The notes: a model not told the origin generated them from the sequence alone. Shown: positions 17,775 to 25,916, counted from the first letter of the stretch. The stretch is 64,000 bases of DNA from Gemmatimonadaceae bacterium (GCA_025928335.1 JAICJQ010000004.1:6228-70227); one strand, 5' to 3'. Numbers and translations are program-made.

Positions 17775-19388
17775 TTAGGGCTTTTTCGGCGGCGTCGCTC
17801 GGGTTCCGTTCGCCAGCGGCTCACCGGCCGAGGCGAAGAGATCGCGTTGCGTCGCGCCCTTTTCGACCAATTCGATTGCCTTGCGGAGCGCGGCGTCGTA
17901 GGGCAGGTCGCGTCGCTTGGCCGTGGAATCGCCGAACGCATAGTGAGCGACGCGCTGGTCGAGCAAGCGGCTGACGTAGCGGCTTGCGCCATCGTACAAC
18001 TTGCGATCGTTCGTCACGGCCTTCGACTGAAGCCGGTTGTAGAACTCGTTCATCCACGCCGGCGTAACGGTAAAGTTCGGCTGGGCGGATTTGCCGAGCT
18101 CCATGCTGTAGTCCTCGAGCGTGCTGCGGAACTCCTGGCTCTTCGGCGCAACGGCGCGGGCGAACTGCTGCTCGGGCGTTGTGAGCGTGTCGTCGGCCAC
18201 AATGACGTCCGGGGTGATGCCACCCCCGCCGTAGACCGTGCGACCCGCGTCCGATTTGAATGACGGGCGCGTCTTCTTCGTCGCGTTGGTCTCATTGGAG
18301 TCCGGTGTTTCCTCGACGAACGCGCCGTTCACGAACTTGCGCGGGCGCTGAATCGACCGGCCGCTCGGCGTGAACCATTTGCCGGTCGTCAGCTTGAGCG
18401 CGTAGCCACCGTCGAGCGAGTAGACGCCCTGGACGAGACCTTTGCCGAAGCTGGTCGAACCGACGACAAGCGCCCTGTCGTGATCCTGCAGCGCGCCAGC
18501 GACGATCTCGGACGCCGAGGCGGTGCGTTCATCGGTGAGGATGACGAGCGGAATCGTTGGCGCAATCGGACTGGTCTTGGCATTCTCGACCTGCATCGGC
18601 CCTTCACGTCCCTTGACGGAAGCAATGAGCTGGCCCTGCGGGATGAACATGTTGGCGACCTGCAGGCTTTGCTCGAGAATTCCACCCGGATCGCCGCGAA
18701 GATCGATGATCAGGCTTTTCGCACCCTTGGCCTCGAGTGCGCGAACCGCCTGCATTGCATTCTCGGCCGCATTCTCATTGAACTGCTGGAGAGGGATGTA
18801 GCCGATCTTGTCGTTGAACGTGAGCGTATAGGGAACCGCCGGAATGCGGATGATGGCGCGGGTGAACGTGCCGTTGATTGGAGAGTTTACGCCTGGTCGG
18901 GCGAACGTCACCTTCACCTTCGTGCCCGGGTTTCCGGTCAACGAGTCTGACACCTGATTGATCGTCCAGCCGCGCGTCGACATGGTGTCGACCTTGACGA
19001 TCAGATCGCCCTCGTGGACGCCGCCGGCTTCGGCGGGCGTGTTTGGATAGACCGTTACCACACGAACGGTCTTGGTATTGGGCTCCGGCTCGATGAGCAT
19101 ACCGAGACCGCCGTAGCGGCCGCCGGTGCGACTGTTGAACTGCTTCAAGTCGCGCGGCGTCAAAAGCTCGCTGTACGGATCGTTAAGCTCCTTCACGAGT
19201 CCGGCCGCTGCTTTTTCGTAGACGTCGGGCTGCGGCAGGGTGTCGACGAAGCGCTCGGCGACGAGCGTCATGACTTGGTCGAGGAGCGCAGCGCCTTCGC
19301 GTTGCGGTCGAGCCTGGAGGAAAAAGCCGCCTCCGACGACCGGAATCAACAAAGCGCCGGCGAGCGCGAGCTTACGATTGCGTTGCAT
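17775..19388 (-). CDS. S41-family C-terminal processing (tail-specific) peptidase with PDZ domain
   Basis: IIDLRGDPGGILEQS, the catalytic-Ser region TASASEIVAGALQD, and GSTSFGKGLVQ. ATG 19388 gives the signal/anchor MQRNRKLALAGALLIPVVGG. The listed start 19433 is a TTG. Confidence 0.9.
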   Translation of the reverse strand: MQRNRKLALAGALLIPVVGGGFFLQARPQREGAALLDQVMTLVAERFVDTLPQPDVYEKAAAGLVKELNDPYSELLTPRDLKQFNSRTGGRYGGLGMLIEPEPNTKTVRVVTVYPNTPAEAGGVHEGDLIVKVDTMSTRGWTINQVSDSLTGNPGTKVKVTFARPGVNSPINGTFTRAIIRIPAVPYTLTFNDKIGYIPLQQFNENAAENAMQAVRALEAKGAKSLIIDLRGDPGGILEQSLQVANMFIPQGQLIASVKGREGPMQVENAKTSPIAPTIPLVILTDERTASASEIVAGALQDHDRALVVGSTSFGKGLVQGVYSLDGGYALKLTTGKWFTPSGRSIQRPRKFVNGAFVEETPDSNETNATKKTRPSFKSDAGRTVYGGGGITPDVIVADDTLTTPEQQFARAVAPKSQEFRSTLEDYSMELGKSAQPNFTVTPAWMNEFYNRLQSKAVTNDRKLYDGASRYVSRLLDQRVAHYAFGDSTAKRRDLPYDAALRKAIELVEKGATQRDLFASAGEPLANGTRATPPKKP

Positions 19389-19454
19389 GAGCACGTCCAG
19401 CGTGTGGTGTGTATTGAACGATAACCTTGGCAAAAACGACTCCCAAATCGACGG

Positions 19455-19649
19455 TCATTCGTCGTGGGATTCGGGATCGGACACGGCGTCCGCGGCGTGT
19501 CGGGTCCAGAGAGACTTCCAGGATAGTGCCACGCCGGAACGGAAGCGCTTTTTCGTCAGCCGAAAGCCCGCCGGCGAGATGGCAATTGTAAACGGCTCGC
19601 CATCAATCTCGATTTCTCGGCGGATAGTTTTGTCGAGCTTGGTAGCCAT
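19455..19649 (-). CDS. Hypothetical 64-aa protein downstream of the RepA-like gene
   Basis: Internal ATG of listed ORF 19455..19799 (MATKLDKTIRREIEIDGEPFTIAISPAGFRLTKKRFRSG...). No motif recognised. Confidence 0.4.
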   Translation of the reverse strand: MATKLDKTIRREIEIDGEPFTIAISPAGFRLTKKRFRSGVALSWKSLWTRHAADAVSDPESHDE

Positions 19650-19725
19650 GGGGTGTCGTCGGAGTGATACACTGGCCAACCCGGGCGGTTCTGTCGAGAG
19701 CGGTTGAGTTCGGTCGCGCAGGGTC

Positions 19726-20580
19726 TCAGACGGCCTTCCGGCCAGCGAGTACGTAGTCGACGAACCATTCCCTGTGCTGTTGACGAACAACGGCTTCACG
19801 GATCACTCCGGCTTCCTTCAGCATGTCGTGCGCGGGCTGGAGAACGCGCTGCAAATGCGAAGGGTATCGTTGCGATAGCGGGAGCTGATCCCGAAGGCGA
19901 TCGAGCGCGACGCGCCAGGTCACTGTGTCGCGAACTCGCGCCGCTTCGAGCAGGCGAAAGAGCCTTCGGGCGACGGGCGACGGAAGCGAGAAATACCGCA
20001 CAACATTCAGCGGTACAACGTGACGCGCCGCGAGGTTTTGCCGGATGATCGGAGAAAGAATCACGCGCGCCTCTCCCGGTTCAGCGGCGACCACGGTAGG
20101 GAAAAGTGCCAGTTGGTCGCGCTCGCGGGAGCGACGGCGCTCGATCATAACGGAGCTCAACAAGGTGAAGCTCAGGTCGGCGGGACCAGCCGTGACAGGG
20201 TCGAAGTAGCTCTGCTCCGACTGAAGGGTGGTTCGCTCGAGACGCGTGAGCGCGCCGCGCAACTGCTCATACGTTCGACCGTCGGCCTGGCGACCCATCG
20301 AACGGAGAAATGCGTGGAGCGTGAAGGTGATCGCGCCATCCGCGGGCTCGCCGGCCTCCTGGAAACGGTGCATCAACTCGATGTAAACGTCCTGGTCGAA
20401 GGTGCCCGGAAGGCGATCGCCGGGACTGGCGAGCACGCGCCAACGCCCCCCCTCTTCGGTCGCGTAGGAAATCGCCGCATCTTCCGGCGTGTCGCTGAGG
20501 CGAAAGAGGGGCAACTCCTCGAGTGAACGGTCGAGGAGAACGCTTCGGGCCTGAGATCGGCGCTTGGCGGCGAGGCTCAT
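19726..20580 (-). CDS. Replication initiator protein A (RepA/RPA-family)-like protein
   Basis: Family-typical order as I remember it: EELPLFRLS; Asp-rich wHTH lead-in GTFDQDVYIELMHRF; ITFTLHAFLRSMGRQADGRTYEQLRGALTRLERTTLQSE; C-terminal LPSPVARRLFRLLEA. ATG 20580 lies 12 nt after the SDR stop. Confidence 0.6.
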   Translation of the reverse strand: MSLAAKRRSQARSVLLDRSLEELPLFRLSDTPEDAAISYATEEGGRWRVLASPGDRLPGTFDQDVYIELMHRFQEAGEPADGAITFTLHAFLRSMGRQADGRTYEQLRGALTRLERTTLQSEQSYFDPVTAGPADLSFTLLSSVMIERRRSRERDQLALFPTVVAAEPGEARVILSPIIRQNLAARHVVPLNVVRYFSLPSPVARRLFRLLEAARVRDTVTWRVALDRLRDQLPLSQRYPSHLQRVLQPAHDMLKEAGVIREAVVRQQHREWFVDYVLAGRKAV

Positions 20581-20591
20581 GGACGGCAGTG

Positions 20592-21299
20592 TCAACCGAG
20601 CGGCATGACGGTCCCCGTGATCGCGCTTGCCTGTGCAGAGCATAGGAAGAGGACCGCATCGGCAACCTGCTGCCTCTCCACGTAGTGCACCGCCTCTCCC
20701 ATCGATTGCACGTTCGACGCCGTCCGAATAGAGCTCGGCGCCACAGCGTTCGCGCGAACGCCGTTCTGTCGCTCCTCGGCGGCGATCGCGCGCATCAGCG
20801 CGACGACCCCGGTTTTCGCCACCGCGTACGCAGACATTTTGGCCACCGCGCCACCGGGCAGCGCCGCCTGCGAAGCGAAGAAAACGAGCGCACCGCGGCC
20901 GGCGCGCAGGAACGGGATAAATGCTCGGGCAGTCACGTACGCGGTGGTGAGATTGATTCCGAGTTGGCGGCGCCAGACTTCGTCGGTGCTCTCGGCGACG
21001 GGGCCGCTCATACCGAATCCTCCCGCCATATGGACAAGGGCATTCAGCGTGGGACCGTGCGTGTCGCGAATGGTCTGGGCGAGGGCCGCAACAGCGGAGG
21101 AATCGGTCAGGTCGCAGGCATAGGCATACGCCTGCTGCCCAGCGTCACGAATCGCTTGCGCGCGGGCGTCCACGTGGGCCGAGGTGCGGTCGACCAGGAT
21201 GACTGAAGCGCCGGAAGCCGCGAAGGCTCCCGCAACGATTTCGCCGACCTGTCCTTCGGCACCAACGCCGGTGAGGAGGACCGTGGATCCGGTGAACAT
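20592..21299 (-). CDS. Short-chain dehydrogenase/reductase (SDR) family oxidoreductase
   Basis: N-terminal Rossmann motif LLTGVGAEGQVG. Catalytic YAVAK (YxxxK). NAVAPSSIRT block. Confidence 0.85.
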   Translation of the reverse strand: MFTGSTVLLTGVGAEGQVGEIVAGAFAASGASVILVDRTSAHVDARAQAIRDAGQQAYAYACDLTDSSAVAALAQTIRDTHGPTLNALVHMAGGFGMSGPVAESTDEVWRRQLGINLTTAYVTARAFIPFLRAGRGALVFFASQAALPGGAVAKMSAYAVAKTGVVALMRAIAAEERQNGVRANAVAPSSIRTASNVQSMGEAVHYVERQQVADAVLFLCSAQASAITGTVMPLG

Positions 21300-21384
21300 G
21301 AGCGTCGCCTCAAGAATGCGTCGTGGTAGCCGCCCGGACCAGGCGAACGTTCGCTGGCATAAAGCGTGTTACGCTAGGGGATAC

Positions 21385-22680
21385 ATGGGAAAGCTGAAAC
21401 GTATCGGTCTCGTGGCGCTGGCCATTCTCGTCCTTGCGATGGCGCTGATCGGCGTGCTGACGATCACGAGGGGAACGCCAATCGGCCGAGTGGTGACGCT
21501 GTCAGATTCGGGGCCACCCGCCATCTCGGATTCCCTGTTCGAGCGGACGTTCGAGATGTTCACGGGAACGCACATCTCGGATGGCAACGCGGTCCAGCAA
21601 GCGAACAACGGGAACGGCGTTTATCCAGCGTTATGGGCGGATCTCCGGTCGGCGCGCCAGACGATCACGGTGCAGATGTACTACTCGCTTCCGGGAGCCG
21701 TGGCGGATACGCTGGCGGCCATTCTCAGGGAACGCGCGCGGGCCAAAGTCCGTGTCCTGCTACTCGTCGACGCCTTTGGCTCGCAGCACCTCACGCGTTC
21801 CTGGATTCGCGGCTTGCGCGACGCCGGCGTGGAAGTGGCCAGACTGCGGCCGCTGCGGTGGTACACCGTGTCGACGGCCACGAATCGGTCGCACGTGCGT
21901 GTGGTCGTGGTCGACGGCCGCATCGGCTATACTGGCGGGTTCGGCTTGGCGGATTATTGGTTGGGCGATGGCCGCCATGAAGACCAATGGCGTGAGTCGA
22001 ACGTGCGGTTCGAGGGGCCGGTCGTGATGCAACTCCAGGCGGCGTTTGCGTCAGCCTGGGCCGAGGCAACCGGCGAGTTGATCACCGGCCCACTTTTCTT
22101 TCCGTCGAGCGGCTTCCAACCGGCGGGGAGCACGCACGCCGGACTGTTGTTCACGTCGCCGACGCTGGGGAGCACGCCGGCGGAACGATTTCTGGCGCTG
22201 ACGATCGTTGGTTCGCGCAAGCGCCTCTATGTAGAGAACTCATACTTCGTTCCGGACGACGACTTTCGACGGCTGCTCAAACGCGCGGCGCACCGTGGCG
22301 TGGACGTTCGGGTGCTTACGGTCAGCTCGAAAACGGACGTAAAGACGACCTGGTACGCCGGTCGCCACTGGTATGAAGACTTGCTGCGCGGGGGAGTACG
22401 GATCTACGAGTATCAGCCGACGATGCTGCACTCGAAGACGCTCGTTGCCGACGGCATCTGGAGTTCAGTCGGGTCGATGAACTTCGACAACCGTTCGATG
22501 GCTTTCAACAACGAGTCAAACCTCGTGGTGCTCGACTCGCTGTTCGGGCGTCAGATGGATTCGATTTTCTTCGATGATCTGAGGTACGCGACGGAGATCA
22601 AGCTCGAGTCGTTTGAAAAGCGGTCGGCGTGGTCGAAGCTGGTCGAGACCGGCGCGATGTTGCTGTCTCGGTTGCTCTAG
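21385..22680 (+). CDS. cls: Cardiolipin synthase / phospholipase D-family protein with two HKD-type motifs
   Basis: N-terminal TM helix IGLVALAILVLAMALIGVLTI. Second motif is canonical: HSKTLVADGIWSSVGSMNFDNRS. First motif is variant: SHVRVVVVDGRIGYTGGFGL. ATG 21385 is internal to listed ORF 21184..22680. Confidence 0.85.
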   Translation: MGKLKRIGLVALAILVLAMALIGVLTITRGTPIGRVVTLSDSGPPAISDSLFERTFEMFTGTHISDGNAVQQANNGNGVYPALWADLRSARQTITVQMYYSLPGAVADTLAAILRERARAKVRVLLLVDAFGSQHLTRSWIRGLRDAGVEVARLRPLRWYTVSTATNRSHVRVVVVDGRIGYTGGFGLADYWLGDGRHEDQWRESNVRFEGPVVMQLQAAFASAWAEATGELITGPLFFPSSGFQPAGSTHAGLLFTSPTLGSTPAERFLALTIVGSRKRLYVENSYFVPDDDFRRLLKRAAHRGVDVRVLTVSSKTDVKTTWYAGRHWYEDLLRGGVRIYEYQPTMLHSKTLVADGIWSSVGSMNFDNRSMAFNNESNLVVLDSLFGRQMDSIFFDDLRYATEIKLESFEKRSAWSKLVETGAMLLSRLL

Positions 22681-22683
22681 TCG

Positions 22684-22719
22684 GCGGGGACGGGCGACGG
22701 GCGACGGGCGACCGGAGAC
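22684..22719. repeat. Second GGGCGAC heptad array (3 perfect units flanked by GGGGAC and CGGAGAC); G-quadruplex-prone on the + strand
   Basis: Read directly: GCGGGGAC GGGCGAC GGGCGAC GGGCGAC CGGAGAC. It fills most of the 43-nt gap between the convergent cls and MerR-like genes. Confidence 0.9.
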
Positions 22720-22723
22720 GAAA

Positions 22724-23275
22724 TCAGCGGATGTCTTCGCGGCCGAGAGCGGCGCGGACGGCTTCGCGCATCGCGATGAGGGCGTCTTGGCGCGACGCGG
22801 GTGAGTCGTCCCGCACGTGGAGCTCTACGCCGTCGGCAACGGGCAAGCGACGCCAACTCGCCGTGGCGTCATCGTTGTCCGGTTGCTTTCGGGTCTCGAC
22901 GGTAGCGCCGAGGGCGGCGGCCAACGAGGTGGCGACGCGTCGCTCGAGCGCATCGCCGGTGACATCCTTCATTTCTTTCTTGATGATGTCGAGCGTCACA
23001 CCCTCGCGCTGCCGGATCTTGATGGCAAGCAGTTGGAGGAAGTGGCGGTAGTTGTAGGTAGCGGCCGTTCCGGTGCCTTCGGGACGCTCGAGCAGCCCAT
23101 TGGCGACGTAGAAGCGAATTGAGCGCGCACTCGGCGCGGCGCGTGCCGAGGCGTTGGTCGGGCGAACGCCAGCGGCGTCGACGAGGGCCGTCACGTGTGC
23201 CGCGAGGCCGCGCGCGTTCCAGGGCGCATGACGGGCGTGCGCGCGCAAAAGCGCGATTGGAGACTCAGCGGCCAC
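22724..23275 (-). CDS. MerR-like HTH domain protein (atypical), hypothetical regulator
   Basis: SIRFYVANGLLERPEGTGTAATYNYRHFLQLLAIKIRQREGVTLDIIKKEM resembles the MerR recognition helix/wing plus the start of the coiled coil. Start chosen at GTG 23275, overlapping the kinase stop by 11 nt. The start is uncertain. Confidence 0.5.
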   Translation of the reverse strand: MAAESPIALLRAHARHAPWNARGLAAHVTALVDAAGVRPTNASARAAPSARSIRFYVANGLLERPEGTGTAATYNYRHFLQLLAIKIRQREGVTLDIIKKEMKDVTGDALERRVATSLAAALGATVETRKQPDNDDATASWRRLPVADGVELHVRDDSPASRQDALIAMREAVRAALGREDIR

Positions 23276-24032
23276 GCGCGGACGGGGAGGGGGATGACGA
23301 AGGAGAGGGGGAGGGCAGTACGAAGGTGACGGTGGTGCCCGTGCGCGTATCGCTGTCGAGGCCAAGAGAGCCGCCATGGTCATTCATCACGCGCTGCGCG
23401 ACAGCGAGACCGATGCCGACATGCCCGCTCTTCGTCGTGACGAGCGGATCGAACGCCCCGGCGAGGACGTCGGGTGCAACGACAGTCCCGGGGTTTTGTA
23501 GCCGTGACTCCCACGATCCCTCGGGCGAGAGTGACGAGGCGATGCGAAGGTCGCTCCCTTCCGGCGCTGCCTCGATGGCGTTGAGGAGGGTATTGGTGAA
23601 AGCCTGCGCCAACTGCTCCGGGTCGAGGTTGAAAGACTCGTGGGCGGGTGCCGCTTGGTGATCGACGAGCAGCGCCTTGCTTTCGAGGGCACCACGGTTG
23701 GACTGGAGCACGTCGGTCCACACTTCATCCGGAATGCCGGGTGCGAGGCGGACTGGCGCCGGGCGGCCGTACTCGAGAAGTGCCGACACAAGGGCGTTCA
23801 AACGCTCGGCTTCGCGCATGATGCGTCCGATGTTCCGCTCAACGAGTGGATCATCGGAGATGCGATAGCGGAGCAGCTGGGCAGCGGAGGTGATGCCGTA
23901 CACCGGATTCCGCAGCTCGTGAGCGATCGCCGCCGCGACGTCTTGCGAGACTTTGATGCGAGTACGCTGGAGCGACCGGCTTGTCGCCGGCTCGTCTGGT
24001 CGTGGCTGAGTGTCAGCGGGTGGCGCCGTCAT
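23265..24032 (-). CDS. Cytoplasmic histidine kinase core (DHp + HATPase_c) without a sensor domain
   Basis: H-box IAHELRNPVYGI. N-box-like AFTNTLLNAIEA. G-box KSGHVGIGLAVAQRVMNDHGGSL. No TM helix or PAS/GAF-length N-terminus; about 35 aa precede the H-box. Confidence 0.85.
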   Translation of the reverse strand: MTAPPADTQPRPDEPATSRSLQRTRIKVSQDVAAAIAHELRNPVYGITSAAQLLRYRISDDPLVERNIGRIMREAERLNALVSALLEYGRPAPVRLAPGIPDEVWTDVLQSNRGALESKALLVDHQAAPAHESFNLDPEQLAQAFTNTLLNAIEAAPEGSDLRIASSLSPEGSWESRLQNPGTVVAPDVLAGAFDPLVTTKSGHVGIGLAVAQRVMNDHGGSLGLDSDTRTGTTVTFVLPSPSPSSSPSPSARGR

Positions 24033-24048
24033 GCTGGATATTAAAGCA

Positions 24049-24089
24049 GAACGGCGGCGGAGCGACTAGTGTGCGCTCCGCCGCCGTTC
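24049..24089 (-). terminator. Strong GC-rich hairpin (16-bp perfect stem), terminator/attenuator-like, between the acidic/basic protein gene and the kinase gene
   Basis: GAACGGCGGCGGAGCG-9 nt loop-CGCTCCGCCGCCGTTC. On the minus strand it is followed by TGCTTTAAT. It ends 17 nt upstream of the kinase ATG. Confidence 0.6.
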
Positions 24090-24104
24090 CGGTTCGGTGT
24101 ACGG

Positions 24105-24782
24105 TTAGCGGCGCTTCTTGGCCGCCTTCTTCATGGCCCTCTTGGCGGCCGGCTTTTTCACGCCGCCTTTCTTCGCGGGCTTTTTCGCTCCGCCAGACTT
24201 CTTCTTGGCGGCGGCCTTGCTCGGTTTCGCGCTCTTCTTCGCGGCTGGCTTCGCAGCCTTCTTTGCTCCACCTGACGCCTTCTTGACGGCGGCCTTCTTC
24301 GCGGGCGGAGCGACTTTCGCCGGCGGGGCCGATTTCACTGGGGCAGCCGATTTCGCGGGGCCTGCCGACTTCGTCGGCGGGGCGGATTTTGGTGGCGCGG
24401 CGGCTTTCGCCGGAGCTTTCTTCGCTGCGCTACTGTTCGTCGCGGCCGCACCCGAGGCAGTCCCCGTGCCTTCAGGGGCAGGCGCCGCAGCGGCGGCTCG
24501 AGGGGCGCGAGGTGCGCGAGGTGGACGGGCGGACAACGTTTCGGAGTCGTCTTCTTCCTCGACGGCCTCGAACTCGGTGCCACCTTCTTCGTCATCGTCG
24601 TCGACGTCGTCGGTGCTGTCCCAAAGATCGTCGCTGTCGTCCTTGTGCGTCATCCAGCCGCCGTCGTCTTCTTCATCATCGTCGTAGGATGCGCTGCCAC
24701 CACCACCGTACCCCAAATCATCGACGTCATCGTCGCGATCAGAGAATCGGTACTCCTCACGCAACTCGTCACCCCGCGGCAT
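24105..24782 (-). CDS. Bipolar low-complexity protein: Asp/Glu-rich N-terminal half, Lys/Ala/Pro-rich histone H1/AlgP-like C-terminal half
   Basis: ATG preceded by GGAGG. N-terminal DDDVDDLGY...DDDEEDDGGW...DDVDDDDEEGG. C-terminal KKAPAKAAAPPKSAPPTKSAGPAKSAAPVKSAPPAKVAPPAKKAAVKKA...KKAAKKRR. Confidence 0.65.
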   Translation of the reverse strand: MPRGDELREEYRFSDRDDDVDDLGYGGGGSASYDDDEEDDGGWMTHKDDSDDLWDSTDDVDDDDEEGGTEFEAVEEEDDSETLSARPPRAPRAPRAAAAAPAPEGTGTASGAAATNSSAAKKAPAKAAAPPKSAPPTKSAGPAKSAAPVKSAPPAKVAPPAKKAAVKKASGGAKKAAKPAAKKSAKPSKAAAKKKSGGAKKPAKKGGVKKPAAKRAMKKAAKKRR

Positions 24783-25015
24783 GCCCGCCTCCTGAGAGGT
24801 TGTTGATCACGATTGAATCAGCGGCGCGGTGGTCGAGCGACCATGATACTCGCGCCACAGATACCGATGCGAACCGCCGCACCGCACATCGGCATTTTTC
24901 AAACGCCTTAGTATACTGGCCCGGGCGCTTCGTCAAGAAGAAACACTGCCGTTGGCCGTGGCGCGAAACGATTCGCGAAAGCCCGGGTGTCGCGAGCGCG
25001 AAATCTGACGGGCAA

Positions 25016-25846
25016 TCAGTCCACGAATTCGACCGACACAGGGTGGTCGATCAATCCTCGCTCCACGCCGCGCTGTAGGAACTGGCGGACGGCTTGGCGT
25101 CCGCGATCGCCGTAGTCCAGCGTCCAGGCGTTCACGTACATGCCGACGAAGGTGTCGGCGCGCTCGCGCTCCAAGCCTCTCGCATACTGCATGGAATGGT
25201 CGAGCGCCGCCGTCCTATGCTGTAATGAATATGCGATGCTGTCATGAAGGTGGCGCGAAATCTTGGCTATCAGATCGCCCCCGAGGTCCTTCCGCACCAC
25301 GTTGCCGCCGAGGGGAAGCGGCAGACCGGTCTCAGCGAACCACCATTCGCCAAGGTCCTGAACGAGGTGAAGGTCGCGATCCCCATACGTGAGTTGTCCT
25401 TCGTGGATGAGGAGACCGACATCAACGTCCCCAGCTACAACCACATCCTCGATTTGGTCGAACGGAACGACGACAGGCTCAAAATCCGGCTCGAAAAGAC
25501 GCAGAGCGAGGTACGCGCTCGTGAGCATCCCGGGGATCGCGATTTTCTTTCCACGAAGCTGATCACGGGACATCTGGGTGCGCGCGACGAGTCGCGGTCC
25601 GTACCGGTCGCCCATCGATGCGCCGTGCGGCAATAACGCGTACTTGTCGGAGAGATAGGCATATGCATGGATCGAGACGGCGGTGACCTCGAGCTCTCCG
25701 CGAAGGGCACGCTGATTCAACGTCTCGATGTCTTGAAGCTGATGAACGTAGGACAGCCCTTCGGTATCGATCTTTCCGGAGGCGAGCGCATAGAACATGA
25801 ACGCGTCGTCCGAGTCCGGACTGTGGGCAACGTGAATGGTCGTCAT
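25016..25846 (-). CDS. MqnA/MqnD/SBP-family protein (futalosine-pathway menaquinone biosynthesis, MqnD-like)
   Basis: HVAHSPDSDDAFMFYALASGKIDTEG...LQDIETLNQRALRGELEVTAVSIHAYAYL...LLPHGASMG matches the VitK2-biosynthesis fold family as I remember it. ATG 25846 preferred; GTG 25876 is the alternative. Confidence 0.65.
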   Translation of the reverse strand: MTTIHVAHSPDSDDAFMFYALASGKIDTEGLSYVHQLQDIETLNQRALRGELEVTAVSIHAYAYLSDKYALLPHGASMGDRYGPRLVARTQMSRDQLRGKKIAIPGMLTSAYLALRLFEPDFEPVVVPFDQIEDVVVAGDVDVGLLIHEGQLTYGDRDLHLVQDLGEWWFAETGLPLPLGGNVVRKDLGGDLIAKISRHLHDSIAYSLQHRTAALDHSMQYARGLERERADTFVGMYVNAWTLDYGDRGRQAVRQFLQRGVERGLIDHPVSVEFVD

Positions 25847-25916
25847 GACGGTGGGGTCGGGAAGGGGAGCGGTCACGCGGTAAAGCTACACGACCGCCCC
25901 CGCCCACGCGTCGTGA

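Noticed and set aside
19965-19985. GGGCGACGGGCGACGG inside the RepA-like coding region
   Set aside because: There are only two units, and they encode sensible residues (LPSPVARRLF) in a conserved-looking block. I treat it as coincidence rather than a fourth repeat locus.
24118-24687. 189-aa + strand Ala/Phe/Gly-rich ORF
   Set aside because: It is the mirror image of the KAP-repeat/acidic protein gene. The minus-strand frame has an ATG with a GGAGG RBS and a terminator hairpin; the + frame has neither.
24860-24900. Hairpin CCGATG-N17-CATCGG followed by CATTTTT on the + strand, a possible orphan terminator or sRNA 3' end
   Set aside because: The stem is short with a large loop. There is no convincing upstream promoter and no + strand gene to terminate. 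It is too weak to call.
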